From: Owenia fusiformis
Taxonomy: Eukaryota
DNA: 64,000 nt
Assembly (NCBI GenBank): GCA_903813345.2
Contig: CAIIXF020000001.1
Coordinates: 39,556,001 to 39,620,000, forward strand
Reading direction: 5' to 3'
This document shows positions 49,201-63,786 of this stretch, piece by piece. Every line of letters begins with the position of its first letter. Position 1 is the stretch's first letter. Made by a program: the position numbers and the translations under genes. A model generated the notes under the pieces. It saw only the letters and a program-made list of their open reading frames with translations. It was not told the DNA's origin and did no database searches.

Positions 49201-52095
49201 TGTACAGGATATCATTTTGCTAAAGAACAGTTATTCATCGTTTTCAAGCCATGTTGTCACGTTAAGTTATTCTGACATGAAATCTAAGTTGGTAAGTGCA
49301 GTGTGGGTGTAACAATAATCCAATAATTCAACTCTAATAAATACCCTTATACTGGATACATTCATAGTACCTAACAGATGTTTATGCAACCCACCATCGA
49401 TGCTTCTAGCTTTTATCAATAAAATGTGCTGACTGGCGGCTTATGAAGTGTTATCTAGTATCATATGAAGTATAGCAAATTAGCAATGATTTTAATATCA
49501 TTCATGTTCAGGTCTACAGGCCAACTTGGTTATGTGTTTTGTGATACAGTTCTTCAAAAGTGGAATCAACATCATAATATTAAATAAAAAATATAAAGGG
49601 TATTTTATGAAATCAATTAGGGGTTGAAGGTTAAAATTGATATTTAAATCCCACTTAGGTAGCACACATTAGAATGAACAGTATTTTATCTTAAGGAATA
49701 TACAGTTGCAACAAAGAAGAGTGCATTATTTTTCTTTTTTTCTCGGACCAAGGCCCTCGGCTATTATTCCTCCGGAAACCCAGCACTTATACTTTGTCCA
49801 AAACATAAAAGCTCAATCAAGAGGAAAATACACAATCCTGCTATTAAAGAGGCTCTATGCCATAGGATAGCACAATCAAGACCCTCTGGATTTTTTGCAT
49901 ATTGAGTTTCATCACATATATGCCCATCTACTTACCAAAGAAGAAGTCCCAAACCACCCCTCTTCAATGTTAATTTTGCGATTGTGCTGGCCGATCTAAT
50001 TATTTTCGATGGATCGGGGCAAATGTGACCCAGGCATAAGGTAAAGCCATTGACAGGCTTTTATATGCTATCTAATGGAATCTTCCGGTTGCAAAACTTA
50101 TATATGGAGTGTAATTTCTCTAAGTTAATCTCAATATCCACTTAAGAATCCATTAACTTTAACTGGTTTACACAACTCGCCTACTCGTTAGATAACTGTT
50201 TTTTATTGTTTCTACCTGATGATTTTAGTCTAAATGCTGAAAGCATCGAATTCGGTGACTCGAGATTAGTTTCCTATGATTTCCCTCGAGTAAACTTTCA
50301 ATTACGCAACGATCACACTTTATTACACACTGGGCTCAACTTGACTTTCCATGAACGTATCCCAAAAGTTATTTTATGGCTTGCTATATGGAACAAAGTC
50401 GGTTATTTATGACAATACATTTGGGTTCTTGACCCGACTAATTTTACATACGGTTCAAACTTTAATCTAGTGTTTTTATTCATAATTGTATTCTTCACTT
50501 TACCAAATATATGTACTCTTCAGTTCTTAAACTCTCACAGCGCACTCCTTCTAGCTCCAATAAAGTTTTACGTCCTGTTGTATAATCCCTGTTTTCAATA
50601 CTTTGAAACATCAATAAAAAGTCAATCCTTGAAATACTGATACAAATCTAGCAAAATCCCTTGGAGTTTTATATTGTTAGTTAAACGTGGTCCCTTTTTG
50701 AGCAATACTCCTAACAAAAATTCAATGCATAAATCCAATGAAATATATTTTCTTTATAGGTAACTACGACACTAGAAAAAACATAACATAGTCATTTATT
50801 TTGGCTATGGTCAGGTCAATCGACTTGTGAATATGAAAGTTATTGAGGGTGTAAATAAGGGCATATTTTTATTTTAATAATTATTCAAAATAAATCAGCC
50901 TAAGGGATTCATTTTTAATTTCTAGAAATGCCATGCACCGTGCAAATTCATACCTGAGAAATGTTTAGACAAATTAAGTATGAGAGTATGAGATTTCAAA
51001 AAAAATTTTTAGCACCCTCTTTTTTTTTTATCTAAATACATATTTTTAAACACCACCTCTCAAGGTTTCAAGTAGAACAAAAATGAGGGTTCTTCAACAG
51101 TGCACATTTTTTAAATTTTCTTTGGGGTTTTGTTGGAATTACTACTACCATTCCTAGTATACCCTTTATATTTACAAATAAAATGGTAATGTAAACAATG
51201 GTATCGTTTCAGAATAAAGACAAGGAGATCTGGGATTAAGGTTATTGATGAAGGAAATGATAACTTATATAAGATTCACATAGGTTGATGTGCCTGGAAC
51301 TCAACAATATACGCAGCTATTCAATAAATACAAATAGTGACTGCCATTGGCATATAAAAATAGTATGACATTTACCTATACCCTTATAATGAGATTATCT
51401 TGAAAACATTTTTATTTTTGAAGAAAGCACGGGCTGTAAATGAACAGATCTTACTTGCAATTTACTATTTGCATGTTTTACGTTAACACAAACAGTATTA
51501 CCATGTTGTATAACTAATGTTTCTCATCACAGGTTGAAGATTCAATTAAGCATGACGCACAAGAGTAGGTTCATTGTTAGATGCACAATAAACACATTAC
51601 AAATGGAACGTTTGTGTTAAAAGGTATTGTTTGTAACTTTCCATCCTTAAAATGCATTCATCATCATCTTATCATCAGCATTGTCTTTTCCTGGCTATAT
51701 AGCGTCTCATGAAATAATTTAAGTCAGAAATTACCAAAAAGTTAACACTAGGTTTCTTGGTTTAATAACAATTCAATAATCGAATGAATAAATATGATTC
51801 TCTATCTTAGGAAAAATATATAATGTATTAATCATTTGGTATATTAGGTTTAAGAGATGTTGTCTTCCACTGTGTGTGTTTATACAAAATAAATGGATTT
51901 ATAAGCCTTATCTTTACAACAGTTGAATATTAATCATTAAGTTCTTAATAATAATCCCCAATCTACCAATTCAAATGAAAGAAAAGCCGTGTAATTAATA
52001 CCGAGTCCGTGTTAATATACTAGTTACTGCAGAATGGCTTATTCAGATTGGATGGTTAATAGAGGCAGTGTTGTTAAACCCGAATCATTGTTAAT

Positions 52096-52454
52096 CACGC
52101 GGTACTAACTTCGACCGTTAATTTGAATTTTTGACCTACCAGATGTTTGAAAATCAAGGATTGCGAGTCTCATACTGCACCGTTTTTCTTCAAACTTCAA
52201 AGCATAACAAAAATGCATTTCTGTTGGTACATCATTCTGCTATACAGAGTCTTCTCACATCTGGGGACCAAAAACGTTGCTAAAACGAGGGACTCTTTAC
52301 AATAAAACAATGTACCAACAGAAAGGCAATTTTGTTTTGCTTTGAATGGAACAGGTTTGAAGAAAAACGGTGCAGTATGAGACTCGCAGTCCTTGATTTT
52401 CAAACACCTGCTAGGTCAAATATTCAAATTAATGGTCGAAGTTAGTACTGCGTG
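52096..52454. mobile_element. MITE with ~100-bp TIRs at a TTAA-like site (piggyBac-like termini)
   Basis: cacgcggtactaacttcgacc..cttcaaac is inverted at gtttgaag..ggtcgaagttagtactgcgtg|ttaa. Confidence 0.82.
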
Positions 52455-52665
52455 TTAATGAGGTCTTCGATATTATAAGTTAGAGGATAAACATTCATCA
52501 GGGTTCTTCCCAATTATAGAATACTATTACATACCGAGGCAAGCGTTCCAAATGATTTTGATTTTTCAATGTCTTAAAAAAGATCAGAATTGGCATGCCA
52601 TGTTCAATTACTGATCTACAAATTCCTTGTTACATCCGACATATTACACGAATGACACATTTCTA

Positions 52666-53063
52666 TGAAAGGACGATTCTCGGTTTGGAGAACAGTCTCC
52701 TGTGCTAATAATTTTTTTCATGAAAAATATAGAAATATTACCCAAATTAAACTATGAATATTCAAAAGAGGACATTTAAATCTACAAGATGTAAAAATAA
52801 CAAATTGGTCTGAAGCAGGGATAACGCTCAATTAGACCGATTCAATAAAATACAAGTCTCGATTTGGGGAAAGAAGTTCATCAGTGTACTGCGCTAATAT
52901 TTTTTTGCGAAAAGTCTAGAAATATTACCCAAATTAAAGTATGACTATTCAAAAGAAAACATTCAAATCTATATTATGTAAAAATATCAAATTTGTCCGA
53001 AGCAGGGATGATGCTCATTTAGATTGATGAACTTCGTTCTCCAAACCGAGAATCGTCCTTTCA
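52666..53063. mobile_element. MITE with a 28-bp perfect inverted terminus and internal direct repeats at ~190-bp offset
   Basis: tgaaaggacgattctcggtttggagaac / gttctccaaaccgagaatcgtcctttca. tagaaatattacccaaattaaa occurs at ~52730 and ~52917. Confidence 0.82.
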
Positions 53064-55533
53064 CACTTTTGAAATAATTATCTGCACGTTCCCACACAAT
53101 TTTCATTTGATTGAGAACCTTACTGATAACCATGCAGTTTACATTTTCACTTACCTATTGTATATTTATTTACCTCTAATCACTAGGGAGTTACTAAACG
53201 ACCGATCCCGTGTAATATAACAATATTTCAATATATTCTGTAGAGCGAATTCAATAAATATGCATACGGAAGTGCCAACGGCAGTGTACCAACATGGTTA
53301 CTGAAGACAGCAAGAAAAATAAAACATCTAAGAGCACACCAGTCAAGGAAAACAAACAAACAAACAAACAAACTCCAACTATCCAAAATCATAATCCAAC
53401 GTGAAAGGAAACAGTGCCAAATACACCCTCCCCGCCAATCAAGTACCAATATCACAATCCATAACACCAATGGGCATTTCATTCTCACTGAAGTCTGAAT
53501 GCTATAATCCATAAAACACAATGTTTCACAATGGTCATCAGGAGAAAACCACGGTTGGTTTCGAACCCTTTTCTCAACCATTCGAATGTCATGCATATTA
53601 TGTGACATTAATAAAATGTATTCCAGAACAATGTTTTCGGTATTTTGGTGAAAAAAATCACAATTAGCTGAAATCTCTTACCAAAATCTGTTTGCGAAAA
53701 AGCTCATCTTTAAATATTGTTAAATATTCGATCGAACGTTATGTAAGAAAGTAGATACACAGCGTCTCAGTCTAGTTGAGTCGTACATCCCTAGATTCTT
53801 TTGTCACACGATGACATCATCATAATCATCTTACCATTGCTCCACGACTTCTCTACACTGCTTCTCTTGGTTTCTGTTGATAATTAAACGTATCTGTTCT
53901 AATCTAATCTACCACGGTAATAAGATATATAATGTTGTTCTGAATCGTATCTCTCCACAACATTTCTATTTCGCTCACTGTTACAGTGATGACATTATCA
54001 ATCAAAACGAACATAATACTATTCAACCAAAGCACATAATGAAGACGAATGAGATTAAAGTGAATCCCGAAGCTTTGGAAAAAGCATTTGAGTTAATATT
54101 ATACTTTTGAAATGAATTCTTTTCATCAGCATCCTTGGGAATTGAAGCCTTGAGTGTAAGATGAACAATATTGCCAACTTCCAGTATTATATCATAACTG
54201 CATATGTTTCTAAATGAAGTTAAATAAATCTACCCTGACTTTGCCGATAATACGTTATAAAATGTTATACAATTTTAGAGTACCTAATGAGTGGGTGCTT
54301 AGATAAGTCTGATAACTGATAATCCTTAATAATGTTAACAAATTAAATAATTCTAGCTATATGCATCCTCCGATCACAGGACTTCAAAATCCAGAATATC
54401 TTCTTTCTTTTTACCCCCTGGGGAAGAAGGAGGTACGGATTCTGGACACCTGCTTAGGAGGATGGTTTTGGGTGATTTTGGTATGATTTGGCATTTGGAG
54501 CACGTTTTGAAATATGGTCATAAAATTGTGACCATTGGAAATAAACCGATGAAACTAGGTAGAATGAATAAACATTGAACAAGGTTACATGTGTGCTAAA
54601 TATGACATAAAACCCATACTGTATGACTGGGTTATTAAGATTTCTTTGGGCTACCTTTTTGGCCCACTCTGTATTCTAATTACGACAAAATGTGTTATCG
54701 TGCATACTATAATGTGGAGTAACTTTGTTACCGATAAAGAACTCACAAGGCGTGGGCAATGTTAGAACAGACAGTCTGCTAACAAACAGATAGTTGAAAG
54801 AAAGTCACCTCATGAATAAATTCTCCTAGTTGCAGTTTGCTGTAAAACCCATCTATATTATAATTCTTTGATATGATCTCAATATCACTGGTGTCAGTGT
54901 GTGACCATGCAATGCAGCCATCAAATAATTGCAATTTCAGCCTGAACTTGCTATATGAAAACGAATCGGATGCCAGCTGAAGTTGAAGAAACGGAATACT
55001 GTATATGTAGTGTAGTCTTAATTGTTTTCTTGGATTTTCTTGGTTTTCTTTAATATCGGATGAATATAACTAAACTGGTACTTACATTTGTTTTACCATT
55101 TTACAATTCCGAATTGAAGAATAAAAAAATCAATGAAGGAAGGAGTATGTCGCACGCCTTAAAGTCAACTCAAACTTGATGAAGAACATCGTTCTTTTAG
55201 AGTTGAAAGGCTTGATATAAACCTTGTACAAGTTCCAAGGTCACCTCGACACACATGGTAATAATATCACCTTTAAAAAAGTAATTGAGTAATATTATGG
55301 CACTAACATTTAGAGGTTGTGTCGTTTTACAATGTTGCTGAAAGTCAGATTGAATGACATTCAAACCTGCTTTTTTCCTACATTTGGATTTTGAAGTGGT
55401 CGTTGATAAAATGTCAGACAATAAAAATGAGCTAATAAGTTTTTCATTTAAAACCCCCGATTTCTTTAAAATGCATAGGCAGATAATTTGAATATAAGTA
55501 TGCAAACGTTTTAAAGATTGATTAACTCGCTTA

Positions 55534-56345
55534 CCCCCCTATCACACCAAACTAGTTCTTACCCGTTCTTGCCAGTCCTACGAAAACGTCGTAAAACGGG
55601 CTCAATCTGGCTGTGGTCGGGAAATATGTCTGAAATAATTAGCTTCTTCGTTCTTAAACAGTCTCCAATACGTCCATCTCGTTCGCAGTTCGTTCAGGTC
55701 GCACCACGTCGGTGTGCAACGTCGTCGTATAACGCGTTCCTTAGTCTAGAAGGTCAACATGACCTGATTACAGAACGGTATGGTCGCCATCGAATTTTGA
55801 ATCGATTCAAAATTCTAAAATCACATTCCCGTCTGAGAACGTTCATAAAGTTCGTAAATAGACCTAAGAAAGTTACAGCTACGTTCATTCCGTTCACACA
55901 CAGTTTAAAACCAGTTTTGAAGAACGCAGTGGCAACTTGTTTGGTGTGATAGCTATATTTTTGCTAACTCGTTAATAAGAAGTGGTAAATACGTTCTTAA
56001 TCAGTTTAAACCCGTTTGCAATTAGTTCTACCTCGTTCTCAACACGTCCTCAGACAGTTCAACTCGTTGTTAAAACGTCCCTAGTAGGATTGAAGTACTA
56101 CGGTTCCGTTCGTAGTACGTCCAGCTCGTCGTTAGTACGTTGTCACTCGTTCTAATTGTAGAACGTGACGACCACGAGAACATTTTGAGCATTGTCTAAG
56201 TTCTAGAGGACCTACCCGTTCGAGTACGTTCGATGAAGTTTGTAAATAGATCGCAAACGGTTCTTAGTAGGTCCAGTCCGTTCGTACACAGTTGAAGCCC
56301 GTTTTCTTAGAACGTAGTGAGAACTAGTTTGGTGTGATAGTAGGG
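55534..56345. mobile_element. 812-bp non-autonomous element, TTA TSD (Harbinger-like)
   Basis: tta|cccccctatcacaccaaactagttct..agaactagtttggtgtgatagtaggg|tta. The interior is CGTT-rich with an extra TIR-like copy at ~55940. Confidence 0.82.
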
Positions 56346-59300
56346 TTACACGTTAGAAAATTTCCTGTTCTTGACCTAGTTTTGAAATAGGGTAAAATAC
56401 CTTTTGATAGCAAAAGGCTTAAGATCTTCAGCGTTCTACTCACTACACACCAAATTTGAAAGATAAATATGAAAGTGTAATGTCAGGAACGCAGAAATAA
56501 GAAAATGTTTCTAAGATTTGACCTAGATTTTGAACTCGATATTTTACCCTCGGTTTGGTTTGTTTAATACGTCATCTGCTTGTTACTGATATTGCTTATT
56601 TTACTAGGCACCATGGCAAGCTCAGTTTATAATGTTCGGCTCAAAATCGGGCTCAAAAGACGTGTAATATCAAATTTGAACTTCAAAAGGTGGTAGAAGG
56701 TTATCGGGAGTCAGATTTTAAATTTGATTTTAGTTTTGGAATTATTTTGACAATGTTATCCTAAAATCGATTAAGGTCATAAATCTTGGTAGGAAAAAGA
56801 AGAAAAACAGGCAAAAACAAAAAATATATTTGAGGAGCAACAGTGTGTAACCGCATAGAAAGTAAGTCTTTAAATTGTAAATCTTTCGCAGATTTTATGT
56901 GGAAGCACTTAACACCCTACCGTGTAATAATTCTCCGGAATGTTCTCTCTGTAGATGCCGCAACTTAAATGCAAACAATATGATAGAAACGGTCTTCCCT
57001 GTTGTGGCTCACCTTTGATTCCCAAGGTATGATGTGTTCAAAATCAAATTCAAAAATGTTGAAAATCAAACTGGGAAACGAGTATGGTTGTGGCGTCCAT
57101 ATTTTGCATATAAATGCACTGAGCACTCTGAAGTTAACGCTACAGATATAACAATTATCATCTTTTAAGTGTCAATTATCGGGCTTATTTTAGACCCACG
57201 AGGTGTGAAACACTTTTGTTGAATAAACCGAAAGGCAAGTTGACCTTTTATGATTCCTCGTGGGAAGAACCCGATCAAGGAAATGTAACATGCTTGGTTA
57301 CATTGGTTACACAATGATTTCAACTAAGCTAGAGTATCTATTTGTATTCATCAGTTCATAGCAGTCAGATCCGGATGAACTGAAATCCATATACAACAAT
57401 TATGGCAGCAATAATAAAATTAACCTCGTAACGGTAAATCCCACCAGAAAAAGGAAATTAATTATCAACTCTGAGGTTATAATAAAGATAAAATTGGGCA
57501 ACAAAAAAACAATCGACAATGAATATTAAGTGAGTAATTAAAAATGATTGAGGTTTGCAACGGGAATCACATCAATTCTCTACAATTACTGCTACGTATA
57601 AACATTTAACCAATTCGGGAATGATAGTCCTCGTTAAAACCAATGAACCAATATACATTCCATGATCTATTTGATCCCAGTAGGGTTACAAAGAACGACC
57701 TCTGAATATCAAATTATGGATGCCATTTTGGAACGACCTCTGCCCATGAGTAATTTGCTACATCTTGCATCTTTGACGACGATTGCACAAAATGTTCTAT
57801 AGATTACCGTCATGATTATCTACAGCCTTGAAAACAGCACTGCAGTTATCTAATCCAAATTTACAGAGAGCATTGTAAACATAAATGATATTGTTTCAAA
57901 ATGCAAGTCAGGGCGTGTATATACTATTGTAATATGAATCCCATCTTGTCTGTATTGAAAACAGCATCTTTTCGGAATATTAAATAAAGGAAATCTCTCA
58001 TTCGAGAGAGTATGGCGATAGCAGCGTGCTTGGATTATGGGAATTGTTCAGATTAATGTATTTTAATCAAGCGGAAGGGATTGATGAAAGCATTCAATCA
58101 ACCATCAATAAAAAGATCTCACTGGTAATTTCCAAACATTGTTACCATGTTGTATAACTAATGTTTCTCATCACAGGTTGTAGATTCAATTAAGCATGAC
58201 GCACGCGAGTAGGTTGTTAATGAAAAATAAACATTTCTAGTTAATTTTTTTGTTGACAGATATCACTTGAAACATTCTGCTGTAAAATGGAGCAAAATGC
58301 TTCAGACTTAGAGTTAATCAAAGAATCACTGTTAATTCAAAATTTTAAGCCATAGGATGGATAACGTTTCAGCTTTATAACGAGCAATCAAAAGAATCTT
58401 GGACTAATTGACGAAATGAAAATACTTGCACATCGCATGGAAACATTGTACAGCACACATGTTAATACAATCACGCAAATATGAAGTCCACAAAGAATAA
58501 ACGGTTTTAATTATTACTCTATCAGAAGAATATTAATCATTCAGCTTCTAACAGTTCACGATCTAATGAAAGACAAACAGTATATAGAATATTATCTTGA
58601 TTATAAAATGACTCTTTCCGACTCAAAGTACAGTATGCCTATTATACAGTATCTACTGGTAGTTATTCCATGTTCATTTCATCTTGGATTTCCAAGGTAT
58701 GATGTGTTCATGATTGAAAATCAAACTGGGGAAAGAGTATGTGTTCATCTGTCGGGACTTAGATCTAAAGAGGCCAAGACATATTCCCGTGACACATATG
58801 TACATGATTCATTCGAAAAATGAAATGGGTCAACATTTTTCAGAGAAAAATATGACACCTTGAACTGTCTGGTACATGGGATGTCAGAAAAGTTGGGCAA
58901 GAGTCCGAACAGTTGAGCTTTCATATTCATGAAGAAATAACCTATAACCTCCCATACAGTCCTGACGTGGCTGTGGCGACACGTGCATAACATTCTGATA
59001 CTAACTCATCACCTTTTTTCTGTTTTTCAACTTGGAAAGAATCAATAGAAAGCCAGGATTTCTTATGATGTGTGTATCCAATAATTTCATAATTTGAATC
59101 GCTCGTTTTCTAAATTCATTGCTTTAACGCTCGGGAAAAGACGTAATTTTGAAAAAAATAAAGGATCAAGCAATCGATCCTCGACCTGACATCAAAATTT
59201 GGAGTTTCTTTGCCCATCATGTATATCCAAACGTATTTGCGAATACCAAAACTACACTGAACACTCCTTACCTAAAACTGCTCACCAAAGCACATCTAAA

Positions 59301-59785
59301 TGGTTACATAGTCGATTTGCGAATTCTAACAACGTAGGTCCACACAATGTCTAAGTCAAGTTAAGTCGCACACACCTACTTTCTGTTATCACAAGATTAC
59401 CCGTTCATCTCTTATATCCTGTTGATGAGAACATCCGTTCCATAATTTAATCTACTGCAATAGTAACAATATATCTCTCCACTACATTGCAATTTCTCTC
59501 ACTGTTCTGTGATGACACTATCAATTATCATGTTCAGATTCAACCAAAGCACAAAATGGAGACGAATGAGATTTTAGAAAAATTCAGAAAGATTTGAAAA
59601 AGTAATTAGGAATACAAACGCTCACCATTACACCCCTAAGGAGCTTATGTAACACAAACCCGAGACATGACAACAAGTTTATCATTCCTACTTTGAGAGC
59701 ATATCATTACCACCATTTATCATTTTTACTTTCAGAGCATGTCACTACACCCCTTGTATTTCAGGAAAACCAAAATGGAGTTATG

Positions 59786-60431
59786 CATCCCCAACAACAC
59801 TTGAGGTTTGCCCTACCTACTTTACAGAGCATTTATTGCCATCCCCAACAACACTTGAGGTTTGCCCTACCTACTTTACAGAGCATTTATTGCTATCCCA
59901 AACAACACTTGAGGTTTGCCCTACCTACTTTACAGAGCATTTATTGCCATCCCAAACAACACTTGAGGTTTGCCCTACCTACTTTACAGAGCATTTATTG
60001 CCATCCCAACAACACTTGAGGTTTGCCCTACCTACTTTACAGAGCATTTATTGCCATCCCCAACAACACTTGAGGTTTGCCCTACCTACTTTACAGAGCA
60101 TTTATTGCCATCCCCAACAACACTTGAGGTTTGCCCTACCTACTTTACAGAGCATTTATTGCCATCCCCAACAACACTTGAGGTTTGCCCTACCTACTTT
60201 ACAGAGCATTTATTGCTATCCCCAACAACACTTGAGGTTTGCCCTACCTACTTTACAGAGCATTTATTGCTATCCCCAACAACACTTGAGGTTTGCCCTA
60301 CCTACTTTACAGAGCATTTATTGCCATCCCAACAACACTTGAGGTTTGCCCTGCCTACTTTACAGAGCATTTATTGCCATCCCCAACAACACTTGAGGTT
60401 TGCCCTACCTACTTTACAGAGCATTTATTGC
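59786..60431. repeat. 54-bp minisatellite, 12 copies, followed by two degenerate ~97-bp-period units to ~60660
   Basis: Unit catccccaacaacacttgaggtttgccctacctactttacagagcatttattgc. Copies 5 and 11 are 53 bp. No spacers. Confidence 0.97.
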
Positions 60432-63400
60432 CATTCACCGCGCTTCAAGTAGCGCAAAATGTAGATATGAATCCCCAACAACACTTGAGGTCAACTTTTC
60501 CCTACCTACTTTGCAGAGCATTTATTGCAATTCATAGTGCTTCCGGTAGCGCAAAATGGAGATATGAATCCCCAAGAACACTTGAGGTTTGCCGTTTCTA
60601 CTTTTCAGAGCATATCTTGCAATTCATAGTGCTTTAGGTAGCACAAGATGGAGATTTGAATTTCAGATATAAAATGAAGATTTGAGTTCACGTTTATGCT
60701 GTCTCATATCAGAACATACCATTTTCAACCATTGTATTTGAGGCAACACATATTGAAGATATGAATCCCCTTATGCTTATGTTTATAATTTCTATTTCTC
60801 AGAGCATGGCATATATCTCCCAAGGATCTAAACCTCATGTATTGCACAAAATAAATTGATATCTAAATTCAAATCTAACTTTACTTTGAGGATTACAAAG
60901 AATTAATGAGATTTTTTATAGATAATTAGGTATCCATGCCAATAATCAAAATGGATTTTGAAAGCTTACAAATCCAATAATATAATTCTCCTGTACACGA
61001 TTGTGACACTTACCAGGTCCCTCTGACCAAATACAGTTGGCAGGAATGGTGAATGATCGATGGCCGAATTGTACGAACTAAGGTAAATATGTAGATGTCA
61101 ACGTAACGCTTCTACAATTAGCAGCAGATAAATCCGATCATGACCGTAATTGATGATCCACGTCCACCTCTATAGAGTATAATAACAGTATAATAATCAA
61201 ACTTCGTTATTATTGTGCGGCAGCATCAGCATCCAATTTCAATAATATCAGTTAGATCGCTCTCAATCCACAGCCTTAGAGTGATTGTGATCCGTATTGC
61301 TTTCTATTAACAAACTGTATCTGATGAATATGATCCCGTAGTTTTGTCGTAATATTTAGAAAGATTGTAGACATAGATTAGGTCATTACGACAAAATCTG
61401 TTAATTACGCATACTTCACGTTGAGTGTAACTTTGACCTAATTACGGTCCATGTTATAACAAACTGTCTCACTAGCAAAAGTGAAGAATTTTATGAAACA
61501 AATTAAATCCCTATTTTCAACCATTAATAACAATTGCAGGATTGAAAATTCGATCTCAATATTTAGATAGAACTCTAAACTTACATAATATAGTTTGTCT
61601 ATGGTCATCTCTTGGCTATATTACTCAAAATATGCCTAGATATGCGCAAAATCCTCATGGAATATTTCAAGTTTGAAAACTTCTGCTCGAGTGCGCCACA
61701 GGTGAAATCTGATTGGTTAAAATTCCCGGGAAACTACTTTAATTTGGTTCTTTGAAATTAATTAGCACATCGGCAAAACAAAACACAATCACCATCAGTG
61801 TGTTCTTTAGATAGTGTAGGGGATATCTATGAAGAATCTTCAGCGATCTTTCTGCAATTTTTTCGTACTTTTTACCATTTTTATAGTCATTTTCTGCAGG
61901 TGGAGCACATCACTGTTGAGTGAATGCAAGGATTGTCCAGTAAAACCACAAGAAAATAATCATTCCCTGGGACTTTGGGTGGTTCACATATCCAGAAATA
62001 TGTGACCTCAAAGGAAATATGACTTAGCCAGTTACGTCTTGTAATTACACAGTCATAACATTTTCAAACGCTGGAACTAGGTCTAAATGTATAGCCTGAC
62101 CTAGACACAATCCATTTGACACAATGAGCACAATAGAAGAATGATGAATAATCATGGGTCGGTATATATTATTATTTATCTACCTTGGGGGTCACAAATG
62201 AGATTTCAAAGATGGTGGGAAGGAAGTTCAAAATATTTGCAGCTAAATCATTGATATTAGACAATTGTGGTTGCGATCGTGTTATTTTTGGCCGCCATTT
62301 TGATGATATAAAGTAAGGTGAGTATGCCCTTTTCAAGAGGTAAGTTTGTATCGAGTCCGCTCGAGTCTGCAGTACTTTTTTTCACAAACTTATCAAAATT
62401 TTATCAAATTTGAAAATGATGCAGACGATAGGCGTCTCCATTCAACGCATGACCATCATCTTGACTGATGAAAAACAGCAATTTTACTGATTATTACCCT
62501 TCATTTGTAAGGAAGTTTTCTAAATATTGAATATGATTTTGACTTTACCAACACATCTAAACACCGGAGTCGAATATTCTCAATGCAATGCATTCACTTT
62601 CTGATGGACCTGTCATCAAGTTCCATCATATAAGGCAGATTTCAGAGGTAAGTGTTTAAACAGGAAGTTGGGAACTTCCTTGTTCAGCCATCATGAAAAT
62701 TTCAACAACCAATCAGATCACTTGATTGATTCAATATGGCTGACATCCGGTAGGTGAATTATACCATGGGACTTTTGCTAGTGTGTCTCAGGAGTAATTT
62801 TGAGGTCGTTTTTTTTGTAATGGTTACAGCCAAGCTCTTCTATATTGTATATTCAGATCGCTATTAAGATACGGGAGAGAAACCTTTCATCTTTCCAATA
62901 GTTAGTGCTTCTTTAAAAGATCAGCTAATACTAGCTGGTTCTGTGCCTCAGGGAATCCTGACATTTAGTAAATAAACGGAATAGTAGTTCTGTATTACAA
63001 TTGTTTAATATCGGATGAATATAAGCGGTTCGTCAATTCCACGTTATACACTTATTTTTCCAATATCTATACTTATTGAACTATATCCTGCCGACCAGCA
63101 AGACTACTCCATCGTCCTTAATTACCACCATTAAGTCAGCTATGACATGCAGTATTTTACAAGTCCAAAAGGGAAGAATCAATAAACAGCCTCTTTAGCT
63201 CTCTCTGTCTTTTGTTCTTGCTCATTTCTGCTGATTAACTTTCATTAGACAACAAGGCACTAACCGCAATGTCATTCTTAACACAAGGACGAAGCTCAGT
63301 TTATTTAAGTTGAAACACTTGAAATCATTTTCAAGATCCAAGGTCGTCTTCACCCATGTGCCAATAATATCAACTTTATACAAGAAAACACAATCGATTC

Positions 63401-63786
63401 TTATAAATTGAGTAATAGGCTATTATGGTTCCAATTCAGGGGTTATGACTTTTTTTTATTACATTGGAGTTCTTAACGTCAAGATGTTATTTCTGTATTT
63501 CTATCTTATGCTGTAAGATATTTCACTTGATCCATATCTCGAAAGACCACATTTACAGAGTGACACAAAAATACAGCCGTTTAATTTTGGATACATTCTG
63601 TTGATTGACAATGTCCCGCTGTGCATTAAATCACAGATTGGGATATCGGGGGTTTATTATTCTTAGGTCCAGTCGTGCTTTTATACGCTTCATTTTCTTG
63701 CTGACTTTTGTAATACTTTTAACTAATTGTTTTTTCTCCTTTGGTCTTTTGAAGAAATAAAAAGTTGGAAACAAACTAATAGGTAT

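Noticed and set aside
55518..55949. 143-aa ORF
   Set aside because: Almost entirely within the TTA-flanked element, non-ATG start, and no recognisable domain.
59693..60637. Overlapping ORFs and CRISPR-like periodicity
   Set aside because: Head-to-tail units with no unique spacers and no cas genes, in eukaryotic context. The ORFs result from a stop-free repeat and are frameshifted by the 53-bp units.
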